A DNA stretch of 64,000 nucleotides from Schmidtea nova. Lineage: Eukaryota. Position 1 is the first letter of the stretch. The number at the start of each line of letters is the position of its first letter. Of this stretch, positions 10,245-22,427 are shown in pieces. Below the pieces are notes generated by a model. That model was not told where the DNA came from. It ran no database searches and saw only the letters and a program-made list of their open reading frames with translations. The translations under genes and the position numbers were made by a program. The stretch lies in the NCBI GenBank assembly GCA_044892505.1, contig CM097883.1, forward strand, positions 232,376,001 to 232,440,000, written 5' to 3'.

Positions 10245-10350
10245 TTTCGCCCCCTTTCGTTACAATATATTTCAACTTTCAACTTTTCTTTCAGCCCCCT
10301 TCTTTACAATATATTTCAACCTTCAACTTTTCTTTCAGCCCCCTTCTTTA
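10245..10350. repeat. About 2.5 copies of a ~43-bp repeat (cagcccccttctttacaatatatttcaac..ttcaacttttcttt)
   Basis: Direct repeats visible in the sequence. Confidence 0.8.
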
Positions 10351-10554
10351 CAATATCAACAAATAATATTTTTACGATATGTTATTTCTTTAATGCTATT
10401 ATTGTTCATTACTTTATGTCAATCTTTTATTTATAATCTACATTTAATTTAATTTAAAAATCCTTTAATAAAATACTTTAGTTCATATACTTTACAATAA
10501 AATAAATACAAACAAAAATTATTTAATAAGCAAAATTTACAAATCACAAAATTT

Positions 10555-11145
10555 CTATTCAAAATATTTGGAAATGTCTTCATCTGATATTGTAAAATTC
10601 ATGTTCAAATCAATTTCTGGAATGTTGTTTGATCGTTGTGCCAATTGCTGGAGAACTTGTTTCTTCCAGCGACGCTGACGCGCGCCCATCTTACTCTTCT
10701 TTTTCTTTTTGACTTCTGGAATTATTACGTCCTTTGGTGTGATTGAGGCCGCCGTTGCTTGAACCTGAGATGGTTCCTCTGTGCTTGTTCCTTTTGAGCA
10801 TCCTGCCTTTTCGTCAGCCCAATGCTGGTAAGTGATTGGTCGAATGAGCTGGCTGAGCTCTTGAGTTAGATATGATGCCGTTACAGATTTTAGGCATTTC
10901 TTTAATTCCATCTTCGTTGCGTCCAATTCCATTTGCAGTTCGCTGTTAGCTCGCTGTGAGCGTTGAGTTTTGGTGATTTGCATTTTCATTTGGTCTGGAC
11001 TGAACCAGCTTTTCTTTAGGTTGGAAATTATTCCATCGGCTTCTTTTATTTTCTCTGACTTTCGCAGCATTTCCTTTTCCAGGCTGCGAATTATTCTCCA
11101 GGCTTTGTCTAATTCGGCTTGATTGGTTGCTGTGTTTGCTGACAT
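10555..11145 (-). CDS. Accessory protein of unknown function: coiled-coil N-terminal half plus basic KKKKKSKMGARQRRWKK segment
   Basis: Intact 196-aa ORF on the same strand as gag, with acceptor TTTTAG|AAA-ATG just upstream. Confidence 0.7.
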   Translation of the reverse strand: MSANTATNQAELDKAWRIIRSLEKEMLRKSEKIKEADGIISNLKKSWFSPDQMKMQITKTQRSQRANSELQMELDATKMELKKCLKSVTASYLTQELSQLIRPITYQHWADEKAGCSKGTSTEEPSQVQATAASITPKDVIIPEVKKKKKSKMGARQRRWKKQVLQQLAQRSNNIPEIDLNMNFTISDEDISKYFE

Positions 11146-11873
11146 TTTCTAAAATTCAAAATGGTTTATTGACATGAAGTTAGTAGTCTTGATTCGAACG
11201 ATTCTCATACCTTTGACAATTGGTAATTGTTAATTTAGGAAAAGAAAATGATGTACCTATTACGCTTTCAACACTGTCGCTATGTACAGCGATCAGATAC
11301 ATTTATTTCATAATGCATTTTATTTATTTACGCCTGTGCTATATACAGCATTCAGGATAAGAAAATTATTAAAATAAACTAAGATCCACTGCCCTATGTA
11401 CAGGGTTCAGGATAAGCAATTATGTTTAATTATTTATGTGGAATGTTTGATCCTATAGCCTATTGCTGCTATGTTACTTGCGTAGTAGATCACTACGCTA
11501 TTAAATTATCGATTTTTATGTTATTGTTAAAATTACATTTTGTACAAATTCTTAACCCTGCATCTGCCGCTCTATGCCCACAAACCCCAGATGTGACAAT
11601 CGAAAAATATAGGTTAACATTCGGTGAATTCCAATATAAAATCAGATTAGAAAAATCACAGCTATATCTGTCTCAAACTAAAATCAAAATTCAACTTAAC
11701 TATAAACTCTAAAAATTTAAATCGATTATAAAATAAAACTTCAACTGGTTATACTATCCAGTGAAAATAAGGTTAAAATCATTGTTAAATAAGAATTCCT
11801 ACCCTCGTCACGGCGCTTTACACCGGTCGGACGGCCTAACTGTACGGAGCAGTCGTTTCTACTCGGCACAGTA

Positions 11874-11881
11874 TGCCTCCA
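11874..11881 (-). promoter_or_regulatory. Candidate primer-binding site TGGAGGCA (tRNA-Thr-like 3' end)
   Basis: Directly follows ...AACA at the candidate LTR end. Only 7-8 nt match metazoan tRNA-Thr 3' ends as I recall them. Confidence 0.35.
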
Positions 11882-12514
11882 TGTTCCCGATTGCACGGTG
11901 AACGGAGCCCCTTAAATCATACGTAAGTTTATACTATAAATACGGTATATAGATAATATATATATTCGCCTCCTTCCACTGATTGCACAGTGGAAGAAGC
12001 TCGACCCAAAAATTACTTCTAAAAAATATACTTGTTAGTTGTTAGTATAAACTGATACTGTTACCTCCTTCCACCGATTACACGATGGAAGAAGCTTAAT
12101 AAAAGATATATAATATATAAATATAGTCATCTCCTTCCACTGATTTCACAGTGGAAGAAGCTTGGTTAAATTCTATATTCGACAAAAATTTAAAAAATCA
12201 TATATCATAAAATATTTTATTAACAATTAACTACAATGGTCAATGACAGATAATCACAAAATTTATAAATTCAATAAAACAAAAATACTCATACCTTTCA
12301 AGTTCTGTTCAAATATCTTTCAGTATCAAATAATCACAAGATCATAAAATCACAAAGTGTTTGTTTTAAAACTTTCAAACTTTAAAAACTTTCAACTTAA
12401 AAACTTAAAAACTGCTTAAATGCTGCTTAAATTTTAACTGAATCTGGATCAGTATATATACTGATCAGATCAGATCACTGACCAATCAGCATCAATCTGA
12501 TGGTCATCAATACA
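11882..12514 (-). repeat. Candidate 5' LTR of element 1 (633 bp, TGTA...AACA)
   Basis: TGT/ACA termini; CCAAT at 12482; TATA inside a perfect palindrome GATCAGTATATATACTGATC (12447-12466); AATAAA at ~12216-12221; followed by TGG. The partner LTR is not in the window. Confidence 0.55.
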
Positions 12515-14890
12515 ATAAAATCAAAAATAAAATCAATTTTTTTAACAAATATAATTTTCATTTTCTTGTTTTAATTTACCGATTTTTTTATTAATTCTTC
12601 TTCTTTTTTACTTATTTATTTCGCTTTCTTATTATTTAAATATAATTAATTATCATTTTTCTTTAACACTTTTACATTTTCTATTTACATTCTTCTAAAT
12701 TTTGATAGAAAATTAATATTCTTTATTACATTTTAATTTGTTTTTACTGATATTTTCATAATTATTTTTATTTTAATTTATTCTTATTTTCTCTCTTATT
12801 ATTATTATTTTTCATGCTAAATGTGGACCAAATGGTGGATCCAACAATATATATATATATACAAAAATATTTTCAATAAACTTTTGACTTCTTTCTGCTT
12901 TTCTTTCCCATAACAATGATTTCTTTTAAATTTGTTGTAATCGTAAAGGAATAATTTAAAATATAATATAAATAATAATAATTTTCTACATTGAAAATCG
13001 TGAAATATTTTGTTCAATCAATTCAAAGAAAGCCTAATTTGTTTTATACTAAAATAAATGAATTAAAATTCGGCTTGATTTAATTTGTCATAATTGTGAT
13101 TACAGTTTCTTGGCAAGCTAAATTCTGTCAAAAATAATTTTGTTTTTTATTTTTCTCTCATCGGTTTCCTCAGTGAAAATCTATCTATGGGCGTTCTTTT
13201 GTTGAGAGTTTGTTCTTTGTTTTATTTTTTGAAATTCAATTGTTTTCTAAATATTTTTATTTCATTTTATTTATTATTAATTTAACAAATATTTTTCAAC
13301 TTTGAAAGGCTATATAGAAATTATTATTTTCATTTGTTATGGAATTAATAAATGTGAGAAATTAAAAAGTCGAGATGTAGAGAAAAGAATTCAGTTAAAA
13401 ACATAAATTTATATTATTTACAATTTTCTTTCTGTCAAAATTGATGGCAAATATAATCTTATACTCAAACTCAAAAATATCATAATTTAATTACTCACAT
13501 ATTACGTATATGCGTGTTATTTTAATTATAAATATGTAAAAAATTATATTTCAAATGGCATACTAGTTTAGAGCCCATTTGGCAGTCATCAATATTGTGT
13601 ACAAATCAAACCTTGTAGACATACAGACAAGTCCGAGAACCTAAAAATGTTAATGCTGAAAATTCGTGTTAAATAAAAACAAAAGCAATTACTGATAAGC
13701 AATAAAAATAAATAAAGATAAAAAATTGTACAAGTGTCAATGGTGAAAAATCATATTTAATTAAATTTTGATTTATTTAGCAATAAAATGCTTTATAAAG
13801 TTATTTGTAATTAATTAAAAGGGGTTTAGATATTAAAAATATATTTATACAATATTTTGTTACTTTAATTGTAAATTATAAAATAATAAAAGTTTAATTT
13901 TTTAAAGTAACTTTATTAAATATCTAATTTATTCATAACATTATGAAATATATTCGTTATTTTATTAGACCGAAATATTATTGAAGAAATTATGGAAATT
14001 ATCTGACAATAAATTCCATTTCATTCAATATCTCACACATTAAAATTATATTTTTTCTTACAATTATTATATTTAAAGAAAACTAAAAGATAATATTTTT
14101 AGTTAAAATTATTGACTTTAATTTATTTTCATTCTTTTAAATTATAGATCAAACATGTTTTGAATTTAAGACAAATTTTCAAAGAAAAAGTGTGCCAAAA
14201 TTATGTGTCAAATTGAATGAAAAAAGAAAAAACATTGAAAATAAACAAAGTCCTAAAATAATTGATGAATGTTGAACAGATAAATAATTCACTATTGTTT
14301 TGTAATTATTTGTTTGTATATATTTAATTAAAATTATCGTAACAAATTTTTATTTAAAAATGTTAAGTTAGATTTTTAAAAATAAATTATTTAAAATCAT
14401 TAAATATAATTCATTAAAAATATTTATTTAAAATTTATTAAAATTTAATGTTTAAATTTCAAAATTATAAAACTTAAATGATTTATATTTCGGGTTGACT
14501 CCTCGGGTTTATCTCAAAGGACATTCAGAATTTAGGCCATTTTTACCTCATCCTATTTTGTTACATATTGTCACAAAAGAATTTGATAAATAAATATAAA
14601 TAAAATTATTTGTTATATTAAATAAATAAATAAATAAATATTGTTAATGCCGTATTTTATTATCGCTATTTATTATTTTTCATGTATTTTATGGTATAGA
14701 GACCCCCCAGTTGTATTTGGGATGGTGTTTACCAATTATTATTATTATTACTATCATTATTAAAATTCAAATTTTTAAATTGAATTAAATAGCTTACTAG
14801 AGTAATATACTATAGTAAGCTAATGACAAATAAAAAAATCAATTTTATATTTTGATATTTTAATCCGGCGTATAAACGAATTAAACAAGT

Positions 14891-15120
14891 AATTAAAAAA
14901 AGAGCAGTTCCTACATTTAATCCCAGGGTCGAATTGAGGAAATTAAAAAAGAGCAGTTCCTATATTTAATCCCAAGGGCGAATTGAAGAAATTAAAAAAG
15001 AGCAGTTCCTACATTTATTCCCAAGGGCGAATTGAAGAAATTAAAAAAGAGCAGTTTCTGCACTTAATCCCAAGGGCGAATTGAAGAAATTATAAAAAAG
15101 TATTTCCTACATTTAAATCC
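14891..15120. repeat. About 4.5 copies of a ~49-bp tandem repeat (aattaaaaaagagcagttcctacatttaatcccaagggcgaattgaag)
   Basis: Direct repeats visible in the sequence. Confidence 0.9.
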
Positions 15121-15435
15121 AATCCGTAACCCCTAAGAATGTTTATATTGTTAATATTTATTTTGTTTTGTTATTTATATTTTATATTCAGTCATTGTAA
15201 AATTTACCACAACACAATCACTTACACAGCAAACACCCCAAGTGTTCCAACAACTGATAGATGACTCTCTCGGGCACTTCCATTTCTCTTTGCACGCACT
15301 TTCACACACAATATAAACATCAAAAAATACACAACATATATAATATAAAATATACGAACATCATAAGAACGACAACACAACCCTCATTCATACACAATAT
15401 ATAGATATATTTAATTATAATAAAACGTACAACAT

Positions 15436-15440
<5 letters not shown>

Positions 15441-15503
<63 letters not shown>
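15441..15503. repeat. (TA)n microsatellite; a second one lies at ~15738-15781
   Basis: Direct observation. Confidence 0.95.
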
Positions 15504-15508
<5 letters not shown>

Positions 15509-15735
15509 CTCTTGTTTACACTGATTTCTTTACATAAATTTGAAATAACATGGTCCAAAAAAACAATGAATATTTCTTTTTACTATATTTTCTCACAAAT
15601 TATTTGTTCTAACACGATTCCCATCATATTTCGTCTTTTCAATTTCACGCGTTATTGCGTCCCGGTGTTTGAATAAACATTCACTTTTTCACACAATTTT
15701 TTGCGTTAGGTATCTACCGTTTAAAAAAGAGTTAA

Positions 15736-15785
<50 letters not shown>

Positions 15786-16419
15786 ATATATAATTTCATC
15801 ATGCTTTGTTAAAAATTAATTCATTTTTTATTATAATTTTCCTTATTGTTTTGAATTTATTTTACAATTAAAATTTAAAGTTCTGCAAAAAATAACTATC
15901 ATAGTAAATATTAAGTGAAATTTCTGGTATCTTAATTTTTAAAAAATTAGTAAGAGATAAAAAAATTTTTTTATTTAAATTTACTTTTATATGAAGGATT
16001 ACCAATGTCTTTGAACAAAACCGGCTGGGGGTTTGGATAGCCTCAGAAATGTATATTATATGTGGGGCATCCTGAAAGTATTCATTCAGTAGTTTCTGAG
16101 ATTAGTGCGTTGAAATCATTGAAATGTTATAGCTTTATATACAAAACAAAAAGTTGTCTCTTTTAAGAATACAAACAGAGGTGACCGTGTGAAAGCTTCC
16201 TACATTGTTGTATGTAGGCTGGGCAGGCAGAGCTGTCCCAAACAATGTGCTAACTGTACTAAAAGCATAAAGAAGCCAAATAATTTTAAAAATAATAAAA
16301 TCTTTTAAGATTTGATCATGAAACTATGTCAAAGTCGAAATCAATATTACAATAAATAATTAATTTTAAAATTTCATCTACTTTTCCTAATAATGAAATA
16401 TTATTACGTATATATAAAA

Positions 16420-16560
16420 GCACTGAGTTGACCAATTGCTCAGGCGAACGATCACTTTCCGTCATGAAAACGATAAAAACAATTTAAGGTTCTCGTTATG
16501 ACAAAAAATAACTAGCAATTGAATCAAATCAGATTGATAAAACTAATTGTGATGAAATTA
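16420..16560 (+). pseudogene. hAT transposase C-terminal dimerization remnant
   Basis: Translates as LTNCSGERSLSVMKTIK, the hAT ER.FS..K..K motif. Confidence 0.45.
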
Positions 16561-16723
16561 TTCAAAACTTTGTAGAAACAAAATTTGTAGAAACAAAAAA
16601 TTTTTTTTTAATTTTACATTCCTTTACCAAATGTTTTTTGTTTTTTATTTGTTTTTATAATTTAATGTTTTTTTTAATTTTTTTGACAACGGAATTAAAT
16701 TGAATTGAAGTTAAATATTTTTT

Positions 16724-17062
16724 TTGTTTTTGTTTATTTTTATAAACTTTGGTTTGTGTTCTGAGCTCGTGTATCAATTTTCAAGTAATGGGTGTAATGC
16801 CACATACATTGGAGAGACTGCCCGTCATCTCTGCACCCGAGTTCTTGAGCATTGCCGACCAAAAGGATTGACTAATATTAGTGATCATTTTAGGAAATGT
16901 GTCAGTAAAAAAATAGGTATCACTGATTTTAAAATTATTTCAAAAGGTTTATGTAATTATTGGGAACGAGTAACTTGTGAGGCATTGTTGATTAGATATT
17001 TAAATTCAAAAATAAATGATCAAGTTGCCCGTTCCACGGATATTTTGAATGTTCTTAAATAA
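16724..17062 (+). pseudogene. Penelope-like element GIY-YIG endonuclease fragment
   Basis: VYQFSSNGCNATYIGETARHLCTRVLEH...EALLIRYLNSKIN. Confidence 0.85.
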
Positions 17063-17471
17063 CTGAATGTTGTGAATTGTGTTTGTGGTATAATTATGTT
17101 GGTTTTTTGTGAACATTTTAATTTTTTTTTAATTTGTAAATTTTATGTTGAATGTTAAATTTTATTAAATTAAATTTTATTTTAAAGTAATATGTATGCT
17201 GTTCTATGTAAAATGTTGTTTGTATTTTAATTAATTTTTAAAAAATTTTATGTAATAAAATAAAATAAAATTTTTAAAATTTTTAAAAAAAAAATTTGAT
17301 ATAGTATGAAGATGATTATTATTTTAAAAACTTATTTTTGTAAATAAATATAGTAAAAATTAAAACAGAATTCTAATTTATCTTGTACTGATTTTGATAT
17401 TTTTTTAATAATTTAAGGACAATAATATTTTCATAATTATCTTTTTGTTTCACCTTTGATCTTTTTTTATT

Positions 17472-17654
17472 ATTAATATTAATAATTCCCATAATGGATG
17501 ATTATAGATCAAAATTTCTTTAAATAAGTACACAATATTTCGGCACAGCCTTTTTCAAGTGTGTATTGATAAAGGCTGCGCCGAAATATTGTGTACTTAT
17601 TTAAAGAAATTTTTATCTATAGTCTTAATATTATGGGAATTCTTGATATTAATG
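17472..17654. repeat. Long fold-back inverted repeat built from two inverted hammerhead-like units
   Basis: Arms aaatttctttaaataagtacacaatatttcggcacagccttt / aaaggctgcgccgaaatattgtgtacttatttaaagaaattt, extending imperfectly outward. Confidence 0.9.
17530..17562 (-). ncRNA. Minimal type I hammerhead ribozyme-like motif (U3-A8 variant)
   Basis: ACAC-UUGAAAA-A-GGC UGU GCC-GAA-AUAU-U-GUGU. Confidence 0.55.
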
Positions 17655-19305
17655 TAAAATTCAATATTTATTTTTTAAGTGCACAACAAAATAATTAGTC
17701 CAAAGGTTACCAAATATGTTGGAACGGCTCTAGGGACAGATAAAAAATTCGCCCATATACAATTACTTTTAAATATATTATTTACATATTTATTAATAAT
17801 AAAAGTATATTTGAATATATATTTGAATTACTTGCTGTAGAAATATTTTACAAGCGTAGTTTCAGCTATTATATTTTGTTTTAGGCGTTATATTTAGAAA
17901 TATAATTTATCGCGATATTTCTCCTATTGCGTTAGTGTCCCCAACTTATCCTCCACTGTAAACTTGTGTTATCTGTCTCCAATTAGTACAATTAGAAATA
18001 CAGTACAAGAGAAAAGACAGAATCTTCTATCACACAGTCTTACATTAATTTTGCACCTCTTGAAAAGATTACTCAAAGATAGTAGGCATGTCCATTCGCC
18101 AGTCAGGCTAGGACCGATTTTCCATTTGGCATCAGAATAATGTAGTGAATATCAATCAGTTAAAACCGCCTTTCTTTCGTCGGACTTCAGCTCTTGAGTC
18201 ACTCTTTCCTTAAGTGCGCCAAGTCCCCTTGCGCCGACTCTAAGTCAATAAAATGCCTTTGACCTATGATCAGGCACAGCACAAATTATAAATAGTTGTT
18301 GTATCCGTGTGTTTTTTACGGAGCTTATTTTTTAAACCATTGATGATTGTTGCATATACTCACATTGTACATTGTTTATGGTATGTATCAATAAATTTTA
18401 AAATAATTATGGCATGGGGAATCGAGAAAAATTACGAAGTCCCAATATCTGAGTCGGTCCTGTTTCTGGGGAAATGAGACTGACAAAATTAACATTATAC
18501 TACAATATTTACGCCTAAAATTAATTTATTTGAAATATGCATTCATTTATTTGATAGAAAAAAATAAAGGACTGTGATAACGCGTCAATAATAACGGAAA
18601 TATCTCACACATTTTGTAAACTCATTAATTTTCATTTGTTTGTCTATGTATTTAGGAAGAGAAGTATTTTAAGTTTTAAAAACATTTTTCTCTTTCGTTT
18701 TTGATCAATAAATATTTTAGAAAATTAAAATCCTTGCACCTGTAGGCACACGGTGAACAGAATATGTAATAATTTATTTAATTATATTCTTTAAGAAATT
18801 AGACTATTAACATGACAATATTTGGTCACCGTCAATAATTATAATTAACGAGTTATTGGGTTGTTGGTGAAGTTTAAAAATTACTAATCAAATTTCTCCG
18901 AAAGCGTGCTTTATTATTCAATAGAATAAAAATTACAACAGGAATCATTTGATATCAAAACTGTTTCACAATTAAACTGGTACCCTCAATCAAAAACCTG
19001 AGGCAATTTGTACCGTGCTTACTGCAACATTATTGTGAGGAATAGCACTATTGTATAATCTCCGTATGACGATCAATAACTACTGATTTAGATTTAATAA
19101 TGGGTAACCAAAGTATAAAGCTATGAGCATTCTTAAACACTATGAGTTATACTGTGTTTCATTGATAAGATTTTTTAAGTGTATTTTGTTTAAATGTTTG
19201 AAATTTTTTATTATTATAAAATTTATTTATTTTTTAATTTTAATTGTATTTATTTTATTTAATATTATTTATTTAATTTATTAATTAATTAATTTTTAAT
19301 TAGTT

Positions 19306-19336
<31 letters not shown>

Positions 19337-19658
19337 GTATTATTTATTATTGTTATAATTATTTTTGAACAACTTCAATGATAAATGTTCAATGAAAACA
19401 CTCATCAAAAAATTATAAACAAATAACAAAATGAGATGACCCTGCATAACAAAAAATTACATGGTCAAATACGATAAATATTAAACTAAATATTAATTAT
19501 TTATTTTATTTATTAATTTTATTATTACTATTATTTTTACGATGTAACCATAGTTTCTAGAAATTAATAAAAAATTATAAAAATAAACTAAAACATCTAT
19601 AAAAAACAGACTGAAACTAATCTGTACAATATAAAACGAATAATTAAATAAATAAAAA

Positions 19659-20620
19659 TCAATACAACAAATTTTTCAACAAATTTAATATAATGCAACT
19701 GTCATCATGGATGTCTTCAGTTGGATCTTGGAATTGTTGATCTGAATTGATTATTGAATCAGTATATGGAAATATAACCATGTCACTTCCCATATAATGG
19801 CAACATGCCAAACTTTTATATTTTGCTACCCATTTCCTTTTAGCATCTGCGTTGGTCAGTGCAGTCTTTTCATTTTTAATGGTGAATATTTGATGATTTT
19901 TACTTGTGATTCTGGTTTGGGGAACAGAGAATATTAGGTTATTAAAAAAACAATCCGGGTACGACTGATGCTTTATGTCAGTACCCTTCAATGTTACCCC
20001 CTTAGCTTTTTTAGTTACGTTTTCACCTAAAAGACTATAATATTAAGGCCTGAGAAGCACTCACTCCTTATACTTCAGCCCTTAATTCTCGCCTTTAAAC
20101 TTCCCAATGATCCAATCAAGGTTCCTACTGTACAAAAGATGATTTGGATCATAATTGAAAGTGTCAAGCAAGTTATTTATTGTCAAAGTCGGTAAAAGAA
20201 TATCAGGCTTAGAATGTCTAATCTCAAGAAAGAACGAATCAGTGTCCCCAGCAACGATGTTAATTTCGCGGTTGAATTCGTTACGATATTTTTGTAACTC
20301 TTCATACTGCAGCTGGTACATTCTAAGTTTAGATAGATCCAGTACAGTTTGACCAATGTAGCTGGGTCTGTCCAATCACACCGATTCCTTATTCAGAAAG
20401 ACTGCAACCAAGTCATCGTCAATTTCGAAAGTTCTTTTAAAAGTTGGCTTAGAAATATATAATCAGCCTAGAAGCCTAATTACATAATCTTAAATTTATG
20501 TGCTTTTTAAGATTATCTACGGTTCTTCTTGGGATAATGTGTAAGCATCAACTTCTCAACCTTTGAGCCAGGTGGACACATCTTTTCAGCAGCAACTGGA
20601 AAATCATCCAGCTTGTTGTG
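19659..20620 (-). pseudogene. Polinton/Maverick-type protein-primed DNA polymerase B remnant 1
   Basis: RPSYIGQTVLDLSKLRMY...AGDTDSF...IGKFKGE; KGVTLKG; TQTRITSKNHQIFTI. Confidence 0.8.
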
Positions 20621-21937
20621 AATTGAATCAGGAATTTTTTATATTAAAAAAATAAATAAATAACTAATTAAAAAATTAATAAAATAATTAATAATTAATA
20701 AAATAAATAAAATTAATTTAATAATAATAAAAAAATTCTAAACATTTAAACAAAATACACACAATATAATTAGATTTTTTTTCATTTTGTCGCCAGCATT
20801 TCCCAATTGCTTTTTCAGTTCCCGTGTTATCTTTGACAACTGTCAAGATACCGGTTATGTTTTTGTTTTTATTTTCCAATTCAGGAATTTTGGAATTTTA
20901 ATCTAGTTTTTTTTTGCACTTATTAATTAGAAGTGACCTTTTCTGTTTTTCTGTTTTATTTCTTTTATTTTGTTACCCTTTACTCATTTCTCTATTTTTG
21001 CTCTTGCGTTTTCTTCTCCAAGCTTCATAATGCTCTCTCAATCACCTATCATTTCCTACCAAGTTATTTAAATCAATTATATTATTTATTATTTATGTAT
21101 CCTCGTCATAATTATTTATTTTTAAAAATTCAATTTAATATATAAACATTTAAAATAATTACAAATTAATTGGCGAAATTGGCAATTTTACTCATAAAAT
21201 AGCAATTTTATGGTATTTCGTAAAATTGTAATTATAATTATGAAATTTTAAGATAAAATTTAATTTTTTATAAAATTCGACATTTTAAAATTTTTTATTT
21301 AATATTTTGAACCGTCAAAAAATATATTTTTGTTTCAATATTAATTTTTTAATTTTACCTTAAAATCGAGAGAAAAGTGAATGTCAATTGAGATATAAAT
21401 AAAAGATGTTAAATGATTGAAACTGCATCATTTATTATTAATAGCTTAATTGACATTCAGTTTTCTATAAATTATGAGTCATAATGTTATCATATGTTTT
21501 GGTTGATTAAGATTCAAATTCATAGTCATTTTCTGGTGAAAAATATATTATCGCTAAAATTGTAGTTGATCAAAACAAAGAAATATTATGTGAATTAATC
21601 CGCAACAGAAAGGTTATTGTTAGCGCTGAGAGAAAGAGAATAAAACCTATCTGTTGGTCTCTGTGTAAAATTTAAAATTAAAATATGTTGATGCCGCCAT
21701 ACTCGAACCGTTTTTTGGCAATAAAAAATATATGGACGGTTTTTTATATATATCACAGCGACACCAAATTTAACCAATTAAATATTCATTTATTTTAATA
21801 CCTTAGTGGTCTTTGAATTTTATTTACACAGTCATGCTTATATTTGTTTTACTATGACAATGTTCATATTTTTTTGATAATATCAGCAGTTTTTGGGCGG
21901 AATGAACTAGTATGTTACATGTACATATTATAATTCA

Positions 21938-22372
21938 GTTTTTGTTGCCTTTAACAAAACATATAAAATAAATAAATATTATGATAGCTTAGTTAATTAT
22001 AGATTTATAAAAAATAATAGAAAGTACATCTAAATTTACAATTACTAAAAAATAAGTATTAATTAGTATAAAATTCATTAAAACAAATTAGGAATACGAA
22101 TATTATTTGTATTACAGTCATTGTTTCAGCGGTGTGCTGAAGCCGGCTACACGAGTTTTTGTTGCCTTTTACAAAACATTTAAAATAAATAAATATTATG
22201 ATAGCTTAGTTAATTATAGATTTATAAAAAATAATAGAAAGTACATCTAAATTTACAATTACTAAAAAATAAGTATTAATTAGTATAAAATTCATTAAAA
22301 CAAATTAGGAATACGAATATTATTTGTATTACAGTCATTGTTTCAGCGGTGTGCTGAAGCCGGCTACACGAG
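21938..22372. repeat. Near-perfect 217-bp tandem duplication
   Basis: Copy 1 starts at 21938 and copy 2 at 22155. Confidence 0.9.
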
Positions 22373-22427
22373 CCATTTGTTTGCAACAAAAAAATAGACA
22401 AGCTGGCTACCGATTTACCAGCACACC
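22344..22427. mobile_element. Miniature hAT (Tip100/Zaphod-like) remnant
   Basis: Ends cagcggtgtgctg...cagcacacc resemble the termini of Zaphod-type hATs as I recall them. Confidence 0.4.

Larger units (their letters stand above)
1..12514 (-). mobile_element. Element 1: env-bearing Ty3/gypsy-like LTR retroelement, 5' part (3' part with pol lies beyond the window start)
   Basis: Candidate 5' LTR 11882-12514, then two same-strand accessory ORFs, a tandem-repeat leader and a giant gag-env ORF. The architecture matches element 2, which carries gypsy-type pol. Confidence 0.8.

Noticed and set aside
11970-12160. Iron-responsive element or HBV-epsilon identity for the hairpins (CAGTG / CTGTGC present)
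   Set aside because: These hexamers overlap the stem rather than forming the loop; the conserved loop is UGNAAU.
15320-15508. ORF MNIYIYIY...
   Set aside because: (TA)n microsatellite artefact.
18020-18290. GC-richer stretch with a WD40-like phrase (SVLA*LANGHAYY) on the minus strand
   Set aside because: Stops in all frames and too short to assign.
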